From assembly GCA_050115475.1 (NCBI GenBank), contig JASFQL010000012.1, forward strand, positions 255 to 64,254: 64,000 nt of DNA, in the 5' to 3' direction. This DNA is from Anaerolineales bacterium (lineage in GTDB: Bacteria; Chloroflexota; Anaerolineae; Anaerolineales; UBA11579). Of the stretch, positions 43,616 through 53,348 are shown piece after piece. Both the position numbers and the translations under genes were made by a program. The notes beneath the pieces were generated by a model that had not been told where the DNA came from, made no database searches, and saw nothing but the letters and a program-made list of their open reading frames with translations. How positions within the stretch are numbered: position 1 is the stretch's first letter; the number at the start of each line of letters is the position of its first letter.

Positions 43616-45385
43616 TCAATAAATCACGTAGACTTCGCCAGCCTCCGGGCGTGTGTTGTTGGGTCCGAAAGCGTAGTTCGCCCCCACCACAATATCGATC
43701 GCATGATCTCCATTTACGTCGCCGCAAGAGATCGCCGCCCCCAGAAAATCGTAGCTTTCTGCCCCATAGATAGTGATTCCAGCTGCATCCGGGTCTGACA
43801 GGTCGATGTCGCTGCCGGTGGAGATCGTTCGCCCATAGATCACGTAGGCCTCTCCTGTATATTGATTGCGGGTATTCCCCGGCCCTGCGCCGCCGGTAGC
43901 CCCCAAGAGAACGTCGGCGCTTCCATCATCGTCAACATCCCCACAGGAGACTGAAGATCCCAGATTGTCGCCCGCATCCGCGCCGTAAATTGTTGCATCT
44001 GCTGGGGCTGCTGAAAGGTCCATCGGCGTAATCCAGATTTGGCGCCCCAAGATGATGTAAGCTTCTCCCGCGGCTGCTTTTAGGTTGCCAACTCCCCCTG
44101 CGCCGGGCGCACCGATGAGCAGGTCGCCAAACGAATCACCGTTGGCGTCGCCCATCCCTAATCCGAGAAGCGAGCTGAAGGTGTCTCCGCTGTCCACGCC
44201 ATAAATGGTTACGTCTGCACTTTGCGTGGATAGATCCACAGGGGATATCGCTCGCCACGCCTCTCTATCTCGCCCGAAGAACAGGGTAACTTCTCCTGCG
44301 TCAGGTTTTCCGTTTTCCTCTCCATCTCCCTGGTAGGCGCCGATTGCCAGGTCGGATACCCCATCCCCGTTCAGGTCTTCCCCACTCGCCAGGGCGCTTG
44401 AAAATTTGTCGTCCACGTCCGCCCCATAGATGGTCACGTCGGCAAGCTCTGGGGAGGCTGATAGATCGACCGGCGACATCATCTTCCAATCTTCAGCCGG
44501 GCGGCCGAAAAACACGTAGCTTTCCCCTGCATTGCTGGTATCGTTCCCTTCCCCGTCGGCGTAGCATGCGCCGACGAATAGGTCATCGGTTCCATCTCCA
44601 TCCACATCCCCCGTCGCCAATCCGCACCCCAGTAAATCCTCTTCGTCTGCACCGTGGATGACGACGTCAGGCGCAGGCCCGGCTTCTCCGGCCGCATCGA
44701 AGATAACTGGTTCTTCAGGAGAGGGACGCAGAAGATCCCACTCCTCTTGGGATCGCCCGAAGATGATATAGACAGCGCCTGAATCGGGCAATAAATTCCC
44801 TTCGCCGTCAGCCAATGAGGAAGCAACAATGAGATCGTCGTAGGGGTCTCCATCCAGGTTCCCCATCGTAATGACTTCACCCATACTATCCCCGGCGATG
44901 TATAAGCTGGAAGCGATACCTAATTCCTCTCCATAGATACGGATATCTGGCTGTGGACCTTCAATCCCCGCCACGTCGATTTGGGAAGGAAGATCGCTTT
45001 TCCCAAACACAACGTAAGCTTCTCCGGCGTGGTCGCGGGAGTTATTCGGGCCGTCTGCCCCACTGGCACCCGTAAGGATATCCTTGATTCCATCGCCGTT
45101 GTAATCCCCCACGGCTAAAGAAGCGCCCAACATGTCTGCTGCCTGTGAATTTAAATTGTTGCTGTCCTCGCCAAATAGGGTCATATCTTGCTCGTGATTG
45201 TAAATATCTACGACTTCAGGTTCAGGGAGCGGTAGTTCGCTTGGCGGTGCTGTGGTCTGTGAAGGGGGCAATGTCGGCTCAGGGCTGGTATCCTCTGTTG
45301 GGGCTGTCGTTCCCGTGCAAGAAACGAGAAAAAATACAGCCCCGAGAACAAAACATAAGATAAATAGAATTACTTTCCTGTTCAC
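43616..45385 (-). CDS. FG-GAP repeat (integrin-alpha-like, seven-blade) lipoprotein
   Basis: 589-aa ORF with a GTG start 5 nt after AGGAGG and lipobox FFLVSC-TG. It contains seven Ca-binding-type repeats (GDYNGDGIKD, GNLDGDPYDD, GDVDGDGTDD, EDLNGDGVSD, GDANGDSFGD, GDVDDDGSAD, GDVNGDHAID), each followed by the h-h-h-G-A pattern. Confidence 0.85.
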   Translation of the reverse strand: MNRKVILFILCFVLGAVFFLVSCTGTTAPTEDTSPEPTLPPSQTTAPPSELPLPEPEVVDIYNHEQDMTLFGEDSNNLNSQAADMLGASLAVGDYNGDGIKDILTGASGADGPNNSRDHAGEAYVVFGKSDLPSQIDVAGIEGPQPDIRIYGEELGIASSLYIAGDSMGEVITMGNLDGDPYDDLIVASSLADGEGNLLPDSGAVYIIFGRSQEEWDLLRPSPEEPVIFDAAGEAGPAPDVVIHGADEEDLLGCGLATGDVDGDGTDDLFVGACYADGEGNDTSNAGESYVFFGRPAEDWKMMSPVDLSASPELADVTIYGADVDDKFSSALASGEDLNGDGVSDLAIGAYQGDGEENGKPDAGEVTLFFGRDREAWRAISPVDLSTQSADVTIYGVDSGDTFSSLLGLGMGDANGDSFGDLLIGAPGAGGVGNLKAAAGEAYIILGRQIWITPMDLSAAPADATIYGADAGDNLGSSVSCGDVDDDGSADVLLGATGGAGPGNTRNQYTGEAYVIYGRTISTGSDIDLSDPDAAGITIYGAESYDFLGAAISCGDVNGDHAIDIVVGANYAFGPNNTRPEAGEVYVIY

Positions 45386-45422
45386 ATTTTCCTCCTGTAA
45401 ACGAATCCCCAGTTAACAAAAA

Positions 45423-45457
45423 AACGAAACATTGCCGCTTGCCGTTTGTTTCGTTTC
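45423..45457 (-). terminator. Terminator-like hairpin plus U-run in the 5' leader of the FG-GAP gene
   Basis: On the - strand: AAACGAAACA-15 nt-UGUUUCGUUU followed by UUUUGUU, ending ~25 nt before the RBS. No co-directional gene lies upstream. Confidence 0.4.
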
Positions 45458-45680
45458 CACTGTGTCAAGGCCACACAACCTATTCAGGTAGAATCACACC
45501 GTTTAAGCCTTGTGAAATGGTCGCAATTTATGCGTTATTCAGTTTTAGTATTTGTAATTATACTATGATACACTCATGGATAAACACCCTGAAATTGGAT
45601 AGGATGGTGTGTTTTTCAAGAATTAAAGAGCCTATCACCTTCCTTCGCTATTTTTTTACGCTTACTTTGGAGTATAAACT

Positions 45681-46520
45681 TTGGAAAAAGTAATCATCAC
45701 CGTGGCCCTGGTCGGTTCAAGACCAACAAAAGACCTCAATCCGGCCGTCCCTTACTCCCCGGAGGAAATTGCCAATTCCGCCCTGGATGCCTGGCGGGCT
45801 GGGGCAGCCATCGCCCATATCCACGTGCGCGATCCCAAAACCGGCGAACCTTCGCACCAATTGGAATTATTCCAGGAAGTCGTGGAACGTGTCCGCAGCG
45901 AGTCGGACATTCTCTTGAATCTGACCACCAGCGGACAATTTATCCAGGGGGATGATATGGAGATGATCGAAAAACGCTTGGCGCCCATGTCATTGCATCC
46001 TGAAATTTGTTCCTTCGATGTCGGCTCGCTGAACTTCCAGGATCGCATTTTCACCAATCCACCTGCCTGGGGATTGGATGCGGCTGCCAGGATGCAGGCG
46101 GCTGGCGTCAAACCGGAGATCGAGGTCTTCGATACCGGTCACATCGCCCAGGCCGTTGATCTCATCGACAAAGGTCTTATCGATGAACCGCCCTGGTTCC
46201 AGCTTTGCATGGGGGTCAAGTGGGGCATCCCGGGAACGATAGAAAATCTTGAATTTATGGCGAAGCAATTGCCTGACAAGGCTCGATGGTCGGCTTTAGG
46301 CGTTGGCAGGCTTCAAGATACCATTATCTCTAAAGCCATTCAGATGGGCGGCCATATCCGCGTGGGGCTGGAAGATAATCTCTATTTGAAAAAGGGCGTC
46401 CTCGCTCAAAGCAACGCCCAGTTCGTAGAAAAAGCCGTCTCACTGGTTCATGAATTTGGGCGCCAGGTGGCCGCACCCGACGAAGCCAGGGAAATATTAA
46501 AGATTAAGAAACATGCGTGA
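45681..46520 (+). CDS. BKACE family enzyme (3-keto-5-aminohexanoate cleavage enzyme-like, DUF849)
   Basis: 279-aa ORF with a TTG start 8 nt after [33 protein letters not shown]...[17 protein letters not shown] is the BKACE N-terminal signature. Confidence 0.85.
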   Translation: MEKVIITVALVGSRPTKDLNPAVPYSPEEIANSALDAWRAGAAIAHIHVRDPKTGEPSHQLELFQEVVERVRSESDILLNLTTSGQFIQGDDMEMIEKRLAPMSLHPEICSFDVGSLNFQDRIFTNPPAWGLDAAARMQAAGVKPEIEVFDTGHIAQAVDLIDKGLIDEPPWFQLCMGVKWGIPGTIENLEFMAKQLPDKARWSALGVGRLQDTIISKAIQMGGHIRVGLEDNLYLKKGVLAQSNAQFVEKAVSLVHEFGRQVAAPDEAREILKIKKHA

Positions 46521-47043
46521 CCGTACCCCCTTATTCCTCCTGCTTGTTGCCGTACTCCTTGCAGGACTGACCTGGCATCTTAAAGGTCCCGAAACGGTTC
46601 TGGAAGGGTTTGCCACAGGGATGGACATCCTCTTGAGTGTCGTTCCTTTGCTGGTTGCCGCTTTTCTTGTCGCCGGATTGGTGCAGGTATTGGCGACCAG
46701 GGAGTTGATCACCAGGTGGATAGGCGCTTCGAGCGGATGGAAAGGGATCGCCCTGGCCTGTTTGGGCGGGGGATTGATGCCCGGCGGACCCTACGTCTAT
46801 TACCCCATTACAGCCGTTCTCCTCCAAACCGGGGCTGGTCTGGGACCCCTGGTCGCTTTCGTGACCGCCAAGAATCTCTGGGCGTTTTCGCGATTACCGC
46901 TGGAGCTTGCCCTCCTCGGCTCTCAACTGACCCTCTTCCGATTCCTGGTGACCTTTGCCCTGCCGCCTTTATTGGGATACCTGGCTGAGAAGTTATTCGG
47001 GCATCGACTGGAAGCCATCCGCCAGGGGGCTGGATCCTCATGA
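46513..47043 (+). CDS. Permease half-protein (DUF318/ArsP_1-like, SMU_747c-type)
   Basis: 176-aa hydrophobic ORF with the [14 protein letters not shown] motif. Overlaps the BKACE gene by 8 nt. Confidence 0.55.
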   Translation: MRDRTPLFLLLVAVLLAGLTWHLKGPETVLEGFATGMDILLSVVPLLVAAFLVAGLVQVLATRELITRWIGASSGWKGIALACLGGGLMPGGPYVYYPITAVLLQTGAGLGPLVAFVTAKNLWAFSRLPLELALLGSQLTLFRFLVTFALPPLLGYLAEKLFGHRLEAIRQGAGSS

Positions 47044-47525
47044 CCACGGCCACGGTTATTCTATGGGTCATTGCCGCCGCCCTTTTCCTTTTCGCTCTGG
47101 CGAAGAAAGATGGCAGTTATCGACGAGGGGCCGTCCAGGGATGGGAGACTCTCAAACGCAATTTCTGGGTCCTTGTTCTGGCATTTATCATCGTCGGGTT
47201 CGTCAATGTGCTCTCCCCTCAGAATCTGGTTCACAAGTACCTCGGCCCTGATTCCGGCTGGGGGGGATTATTTCTCGCCGAAGCGATTGGTATGCTGCTT
47301 CCGGGGGGGCCTTACGTGGTCTTCCCCCTCATCGCCGTCATCTACTCGCAAGGCGCAGGCCTCGCCCCTGCCGTAGCCCTTGTGACCGGTTGGGCGGCTG
47401 TTGCGCTGCTGACGGTTACCTTCGAGCTGCCCTTTATGGGCTGGCGCTTTGCTGCCATTCGCTGGGGATTAGGGCTGTTAGCGCCCATCATCGCCGGCGC
47501 CGTCGTGATGCTTTTCTTCTCGTAG
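47040..47525 (+). CDS. Permease half-protein, second subunit (SMU_746c-type)
   Basis: 161-aa hydrophobic ORF with the paralogous motif GMLLPGGPYVVFPLI. ATGA overlap with the previous ORF. Confidence 0.55.
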   Translation: MTTATVILWVIAAALFLFALAKKDGSYRRGAVQGWETLKRNFWVLVLAFIIVGFVNVLSPQNLVHKYLGPDSGWGGLFLAEAIGMLLPGGPYVVFPLIAVIYSQGAGLAPAVALVTGWAAVALLTVTFELPFMGWRFAAIRWGLGLLAPIIAGAVVMLFFS

Positions 47526-47598
47526 ATAAAGGGACCTATCCGTAGGGACAGGTTTGAAAACCTGTCCCTGTGAAAATTTAATTTCTCAGGCTTCTTCG

Positions 47599-48840
47599 TC
47601 ACTCTCCCCCAATCGGAACCAGGATCCTGGCATCGTCTTGATACACGGTGAATGTCATCCCGCTTTCTCCTGTAAAAATATCCCGATATGGTATATCGAG
47701 TGAGACCTGTGCAGCTTGTCCCGCAGCGATGAGGACAATGCCGCCCGTATAATCCCGGCGGTACAGGGAATTCTCATAAGTATACAACCCCAACGGATCC
47801 CCTAAATCGGCTCCATAGTATTCAGGGAACCACCATCCATCGACCCCACCGTGGTCGCGTGCCCCGAAATCGAAAGCGAAATAGGTGTTATCCATTAACA
47901 GGCTGGCGGCCATCCCCATCCGGAAACGCGGCCAGGAAATGTCCCCCGTATCATCCGTATCCACGGCCAAAATCACCAGATGAGGTTCCTTCGTCGTTTC
48001 CAATGCCCGTTGTGCTGAAGCCAGCCCTTCTGCTAAATTCGATCCCCATTCCCCCAGGAAATTCTCCAAGACGTAGCCGTTCAAATATGCCGGGAATGGG
48101 GAGCCCTCCGGGAAATCCCACCCCGCATTCGCCACCATCCACTTGTCCGCCGGGACCACCGCCTGGATCAGTTCAAGCAGTTCGGTCTGCGCAGATACCC
48201 ACGCTGTGGCATCGATGGGAGTCGCTGCGCCGCTCGACCAAGCCCCATCACAAAAGGGATATGCATCCACCATGTCAATAATTATGCCGTCATGTTGGGC
48301 TTGTCCGGCTGTATTATTATAGAACGCTGTGATTAGGTCCCGCCAGCCGGGATGTCTTGGGTCCATGGCGTAGATTTGCGCCCACCCCGGCGGAGAACAC
48401 TTCCGGTCGAGGCTTCCATCCCCGTCATCGTCGAACATCAGGTACATGTCGTTAGTGATCTGCAGGGGGCCATCGGCATCCCCGTTGTTTGCTACAGTGA
48501 TGAGGAATTCTAGCCATCCCGGATCGTCGAATATCCAGGTGTGGGTCAGCCCGGCCAGCAGTTTTGTCGCAGGGTTTTCTCCCCGGAGTGCCGCTTCTTC
48601 TGAGGCTTCTATCCACCCCGTCATGACCAAATCATAATCCGCATCTGCATGAGCGATTAACTCCTCCTTTTTCGCCAGCCACAAAGCCAGCCTGACGCTC
48701 CTTCCAGGCGGCGTTTCAGCTAACCCCTCGTTATCATCCCTTTGTGGGACCGTTTCCCTACACGCCATGAGGATGAGTATTAAAATCATGGATGGAATGA
48801 GTATGCGGAAAAACGCTTGTTGTTTGCAAATTTTCGTCAT
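47599..48840 (-). CDS. Lipoprotein, putative TIM-barrel glycoside-hydrolase-like (GH114/TM1410- or GHL15-like)
   Basis: 413-aa ORF with lipobox LILMAC-RE. The DGIIIDMVD and YLNGYVLENF blocks resemble TM1410/GH114-type proteins from memory. Weak call. Confidence 0.4.
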   Translation of the reverse strand: MTKICKQQAFFRILIPSMILILILMACRETVPQRDDNEGLAETPPGRSVRLALWLAKKEELIAHADADYDLVMTGWIEASEEAALRGENPATKLLAGLTHTWIFDDPGWLEFLITVANNGDADGPLQITNDMYLMFDDDGDGSLDRKCSPPGWAQIYAMDPRHPGWRDLITAFYNNTAGQAQHDGIIIDMVDAYPFCDGAWSSGAATPIDATAWVSAQTELLELIQAVVPADKWMVANAGWDFPEGSPFPAYLNGYVLENFLGEWGSNLAEGLASAQRALETTKEPHLVILAVDTDDTGDISWPRFRMGMAASLLMDNTYFAFDFGARDHGGVDGWWFPEYYGADLGDPLGLYTYENSLYRRDYTGGIVLIAAGQAAQVSLDIPYRDIFTGESGMTFTVYQDDARILVPIGGE

Positions 48841-49003
48841 AATTTTTTTATACTCATGAGATTAATACAAGGGATATTCCCCGATTGTTGCTTTCTAATG
48901 ACTGGCTGTAATGAGAGAAGAAATCCTCTCACCGCTCTGATTCTAGAAATCATCTTCTCATTTTAGCCTGGAATCTGAACTTTAAAGAAGTTATACTTAC
49001 CCC

Positions 49004-49543
49004 ATGCCTGATGAGATTACCATCCGTGAAGCGACCGCTGAAGATGCCCGCGCCATCGCCGAGGTGCACGTCTCTGCCTGGCGCTCTTCTTACGCAGATA
49101 TCCTCCCTCCCGGCGTGCTGGCAGGCCTCTCGGCAGAGAGCCGGGCTGCCATGTGGGAAAAAGGCTTGTTACAGTCCAGGGGGATGAACTTCCTCTTTGT
49201 GGCAGAAAATTCAGACGGTGAAATCGTTGGCTTCACTGGTGGCGGTCGCTCGAGTGAGGGCATCAAAGGCTATCTAGGTGAAATACGTGTCCTCTACATC
49301 CTGGAAGCCTATCAGCGGATGGGGGTCGGCACGAAATTATTCCGGGCAGCTGTCGCCAGGTTACTCGATAAAGGGACCACTTCCCTGCTCGTATGGGTTT
49401 TCAAAGACAGCCCTTACCGCCAGTTTTACGAAAAACTCGGCGGGGAATGCATCGGTGAGAAGGTCTTCGAAATAGCTGGGGGCAATTATCTGGCCGTTGG
49501 CTACGGGTGGAAGGATAGCCGCTGCCTGGTAGATATCGATTGA
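49004..49543 (+). CDS. GNAT family N-acetyltransferase
   Basis: 179-aa ORF with YQRMGVGTKLF and FYEKLGG motifs. Confidence 0.85.
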   Translation: MPDEITIREATAEDARAIAEVHVSAWRSSYADILPPGVLAGLSAESRAAMWEKGLLQSRGMNFLFVAENSDGEIVGFTGGGRSSEGIKGYLGEIRVLYILEAYQRMGVGTKLFRAAVARLLDKGTTSLLVWVFKDSPYRQFYEKLGGECIGEKVFEIAGGNYLAVGYGWKDSRCLVDID

Positions 49544-49632
49544 GGCTTGCGTAATTTCGATAATCAGGGATAATAAAATTCAGAGCTTTTTTATACGATT
49601 GATGGAATATCGATATTTAGAAGGAGATGAAG

Positions 49633-50001
49633 ATGTTAAAAGAGTTTAAAGAATTTGCCATGAAAGGGAATATGCTGGATATGGCCGTGGGTATCGTCCT
49701 GGGTGCCGGATTTTCCGCCGTCGTGAATTCCCTGGTGAACGATATCCTCATGCCCCCCATCGGTTTATTTCTTGGCGGCGCTGACTTCTCTGAATTGTTC
49801 GTTGCCCTCAAAGAGGGTGTCCCTGCTGGCCCATATACCTCTCTTACCCTCGCCCAAGAGGCCGGGGCGGTGACCCTCAACTACGGCCTCTTCGTCAACG
49901 CCCTCGTCAATTTCCTCATCGTTGCTTTTGCCCTCTTCATCGTCGTGCGTGTAATGAACCGCATGAGAGGCGACCAGCCTGAAGAAGAAGAAAAAGAATA
50001 A
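49633..50001 (+). CDS. mscL: Large-conductance mechanosensitive channel
   Basis: MLKEFKEFAMKGNMLDMAVGIVLGAGF...NDILMPPIG is the MscL signature. The track start 49627 abuts the AGGAG, so ATG 49633 (6-nt spacing) is preferred. Confidence 0.9.
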   Translation: MLKEFKEFAMKGNMLDMAVGIVLGAGFSAVVNSLVNDILMPPIGLFLGGADFSELFVALKEGVPAGPYTSLTLAQEAGAVTLNYGLFVNALVNFLIVAFALFIVVRVMNRMRGDQPEEEEKE

Positions 50002-50118
50002 TTTTATATTAAAATAAATCATTGGGAGGAGTTGGCTATACGCAGCAAATCCCAATGCTTTTTTCTTTTTCCTTTAGCGCTGAATATTCTAAAAATCCCT
50101 CGAGGAAATTCCCTGACT

Positions 50119-50181
50119 ACTGATTACCGGTCACTGATTACTTATTACTAATCACTGATCACTGACCACTGATCCCTAATT
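50119..50181. repeat. Degenerate heptanucleotide tandem repeat (ACTGATY)n, about 9 units
   Basis: Read in register from 50119: ACTGATT ACCGGTC ACTGATT ACTTATT ACTAATC ACTGATC ACTGACC ACTGATC CCTAATT. The last unit overlaps the pepF stop codon. Confidence 0.8.
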
Positions 50182-51997
50182 ACAATTCCACATATCGCTC
50201 GATCTTTTCGCCAATCACCGCTAAGCTGCCTTCCCAGAATTCTGGGCTGCGTAAATCTAAGTCGAAGCGGGCTGCCAGGTCAGCCGCTGTGCCCTGCCCC
50301 GTGGAAGCCAGAAGGTCTCTATATTCTGGGATGAATGCATCCCCTCGTTCCTTATAGATGGCGTATAAGCCCGTGCTGAAGAGCAAACCGAAAGCGTATG
50401 GGTAATTGTAGAATGAGATGCCGGGGATATAGTAGTGCGGTTTCCACGTCCACATATACTTGTGCAGGGTATCCTCATCCACGCTATCGCCGTAAGTCTC
50501 CTTCTGCGCCCTCTCCATGATTTCACACAATTCCTCCGCAGATAGGTCCGCCTGCGCCCGGCGCTCGAAGACCTCTTTCTCGAAGAGGTAACGTGAGTAG
50601 ATATCCACTACCACCTGGCTGTCGCCGATTAATGAAGTCTCCAAGATGGCGAGTCTTTCATCCTCATCGCTCGCTTCTTTGATCGCCGCTTCCGTCACGA
50701 TGGTCTCGCACATCACCGAGGCGGTTTCCCCCAGGGTATACGGCGTATCTCGCTGCAGCATCGTCTTCCCCGCCCGGCACTCGTTGTGATAACCGTGCCC
50801 CAATTCGTGAGCGACGGTGAAGATTCCATCCAGACTCCCATCGTAGTTCGTAAGAATTCTGGACTCCCTCACCCCTGGTACGTACATACAAAAAGCCCCC
50901 GCGCGTTTCCCATCCCGCGGCCCCACGTCGATCCAGTTGTTATCGAATGCTCTTTTGGCGTAGTCGGCCAGGTCCCCGGAGAATTTGGCAAAATTATCCA
51001 GCACGAATTCCATCGCCTCATCATAGGAATAAACCCGCTCTGTTTTTCCCAGGGGGGCAAACAGGTCCCACCACGGCAATCGTTTCTTCCCCAGTTGCTT
51101 CGCCTTGGCCTGGAAATATTTCCGGAATAGAGGGAAAGAGTCCTTCATCGCCCCCAGCATGGCGTTCAGCGTCATCCGGTCGATCCGGTACAGGTCGATA
51201 GAGAAGTGCACTGGATCTTCACGCCCTCTCCGGGTGTTGAGTGTGTTTTGGCTGCCCTTGACCCCATTCATGCAGGCCGCTAGCTGGTTTTCGACAGATT
51301 TCCAGGCCGCCTGTTCGGCTTCGTAGCCCCACCGCCGCATCACTTCGTTGGGATGTGAACGCAGGTTAAGGATTGCCGTGATAGGCATCTTTTCGATCTC
51401 CCCATCTTCGTTCTTGATCTCCCAATTTAATTGGGTTGTGATCGTGCGTTGGAGTTTCTCCCACCCCCGGATGCCGCTCAAAGATAATTCCCCGGCCAGT
51501 TCTTCCTCCGCTGGACTCATCATATACTTGCTTTGCTGGATGCTTTCGCTGAGGAAAAAGGAATGCGCCTGGGCAATCTCACTGTTTTCCAGGATTTCGG
51601 GAAGCCGGTCTTCCAATTTCCCCACCCATCCCCTGAAGATGCTTTTCCTCTGCAGGTTCAGCTTCACGTTATACTTCTGCCACTCAGACATGGCCTTGAG
51701 GGCTGTCTCGTTATAAGAATCGGTGGATACGAACGAATTGATGTAAGCGCGCAGGGTTTCAGAAAGGTTCCAGGCCGCATTCATTTGATCGATGAATCCC
51801 TCGATGATGCTCGCCAGCCTGGCAGAGTCGCTCTCCTGGATGGCTTTTGTAGGGTCGATATTCTGTCCGTAGATATATTCATCCAGGTCATCCAGCATCT
51901 CCCCAAGAGTCTGGAAAGCCTCTTTGAATTCAGGCGAATCGAGGCCGGGATATACGTTGCCTAAATCCCAGCGTGGCAGGTCGGAGTCTTTACTCAT
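50180..51997 (-). CDS. pepF: M3B oligoendopeptidase F
   Basis: 605-aa ORF with zinc motif HELGHGYH and a downstream E; length and layout fit PepF. Confidence 0.9.
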   Translation of the reverse strand: MSKDSDLPRWDLGNVYPGLDSPEFKEAFQTLGEMLDDLDEYIYGQNIDPTKAIQESDSARLASIIEGFIDQMNAAWNLSETLRAYINSFVSTDSYNETALKAMSEWQKYNVKLNLQRKSIFRGWVGKLEDRLPEILENSEIAQAHSFFLSESIQQSKYMMSPAEEELAGELSLSGIRGWEKLQRTITTQLNWEIKNEDGEIEKMPITAILNLRSHPNEVMRRWGYEAEQAAWKSVENQLAACMNGVKGSQNTLNTRRGREDPVHFSIDLYRIDRMTLNAMLGAMKDSFPLFRKYFQAKAKQLGKKRLPWWDLFAPLGKTERVYSYDEAMEFVLDNFAKFSGDLADYAKRAFDNNWIDVGPRDGKRAGAFCMYVPGVRESRILTNYDGSLDGIFTVAHELGHGYHNECRAGKTMLQRDTPYTLGETASVMCETIVTEAAIKEASDEDERLAILETSLIGDSQVVVDIYSRYLFEKEVFERRAQADLSAEELCEIMERAQKETYGDSVDEDTLHKYMWTWKPHYYIPGISFYNYPYAFGLLFSTGLYAIYKERGDAFIPEYRDLLASTGQGTAADLAARFDLDLRSPEFWEGSLAVIGEKIERYVEL

Positions 51998-52034
51998 GGG
52001 TCTTCTCCCTGGTGTTTATCACAGCAGAATTGTA

Positions 52035-53231
52035 TCAAACCTTCATCGTTTGCCAGAAACGCACGCAGGCAATCACCAGCAAGCTTACCGCGAAAAGGTA
52101 AAGCGTTTCGAATCCAAATATCTCAGCGATGCTGAACGCAAGCAAAGGGCTGACCGCCGCTCCCGCATCGATCGCCGTCGAGAACGCGCCTACGAAAAGG
52201 TGAGGGCGTTCGGTTTGCTCTCCGAGTTCACAGGAGGCTGCATTCATCGTGGCAAAGATCCCCGCCCCAGACATGAAAACGGGGATCAGGCAGGTGACCA
52301 TCCAGGTGCCGTTCAGGGATACCAACCCGGAGATTCCCCCCAGGGAAATCACCGATAAGATAATAAGCATTCCTGCCTGGCCGACCTTATCGGATATCGA
52401 GCCGAGGACGGGGGAAAATAAAATGTTGGAAATATATCTTACAGCAATCAATGTCCCTGCCAGTGTCCCGATACCAAACAGAGAATCCTCAATCCTGGTC
52501 CCCAGCCGGTTGAACAAGTACAGGGAAAGGGTCGAGACGAGCATTCCCTCGAAAAGCGTGTCCATGAATCCCACCGTCAAGATCCACCGGCGTGGGGCTG
52601 TTTTCAAGGCGAGTTTCAAACCCTCAAGTGCGGTAGTGCGTTCTTCCTTTGGCACAAATTGAGTCTTTGGCCAGCGCACTGCCAGCGCAGCAGGGATAGA
52701 CAATGCAGTCAGGATGGCGACAGCACCCACCGCCGCTGTATAGCTGAACTGGTCGTAAAAGAATCCGCCAAGGACGACACTTACCGCACTGCCCACCCGC
52801 ACAATCCCCCAAAAGATCCCCATTAAACGTCCCTTGATGTTTTCAGGCGCAGCCCACACAGCTTGGTATCCACCCTGCCTGAAGGCCGACCAGGCTATCC
52901 CCCACCCCACCCGGGCGAGGAAAAAGACCACGAACCCCCACCCTGTGCCGTATAAGCTGGTTGTAATTAAGGCCAGAATAGCTGCACAGACGAAGGGGAG
53001 GCGCGGCCCCCAACGTTCGAAGGCCAGCCCTGCCCAGGTGTTGGAGACCAGACGAATGAGCCGGTTGGCGCTGAGGAGTAAGCCGACCAGGGTCAGGGGA
53101 ATGCCCAGGTCTCCTGCTTCCAGGGGGAGCAAGCTGTACATCAAGGAATCGCCCATGATCCCCAGGGCAACCACGAGTGCCGCGTGGATGAGGAGTTTAG
53201 GCGTCTTACTCCTTTCTTGCGTGGTGGTCAT
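52035..53231 (-). CDS. MFS transporter
   Basis: 398-aa ORF with about 12 hydrophobic helices and an MFS-like loop motif (SNTWAGLAFERWGPR). Confidence 0.75.
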   Translation of the reverse strand: MTTTQERSKTPKLLIHAALVVALGIMGDSLMYSLLPLEAGDLGIPLTLVGLLLSANRLIRLVSNTWAGLAFERWGPRLPFVCAAILALITTSLYGTGWGFVVFFLARVGWGIAWSAFRQGGYQAVWAAPENIKGRLMGIFWGIVRVGSAVSVVLGGFFYDQFSYTAAVGAVAILTALSIPAALAVRWPKTQFVPKEERTTALEGLKLALKTAPRRWILTVGFMDTLFEGMLVSTLSLYLFNRLGTRIEDSLFGIGTLAGTLIAVRYISNILFSPVLGSISDKVGQAGMLIILSVISLGGISGLVSLNGTWMVTCLIPVFMSGAGIFATMNAASCELGEQTERPHLFVGAFSTAIDAGAAVSPLLAFSIAEIFGFETLYLFAVSLLVIACVRFWQTMKV

Positions 53232-53348
53232 TCTATATGGATTCCTCTCCCAATCAAAGAAAATACGCTGAGTTACTCGCCCTTTCTAACACACTCACTA
53301 CGGCTTCACTTGTTTACTTCCCCTGGTGAGATTTCTTTCCTGCTGCGA

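Noticed and set aside
34507-45385. Treating the giant-gene / FG-GAP block as a horizontally acquired island or mobile element
   Set aside because: No integrase, transposase, flanking direct repeats or tRNA target is visible. I cannot compute composition reliably by eye, so no such claim is made.
45439-45693. 84-aa + strand ORF in the FG-GAP / BKACE intergenic region
   Set aside because: It has no RBS, an odd composition, and runs into the BKACE start. The region is more plausibly promoter or leader DNA.
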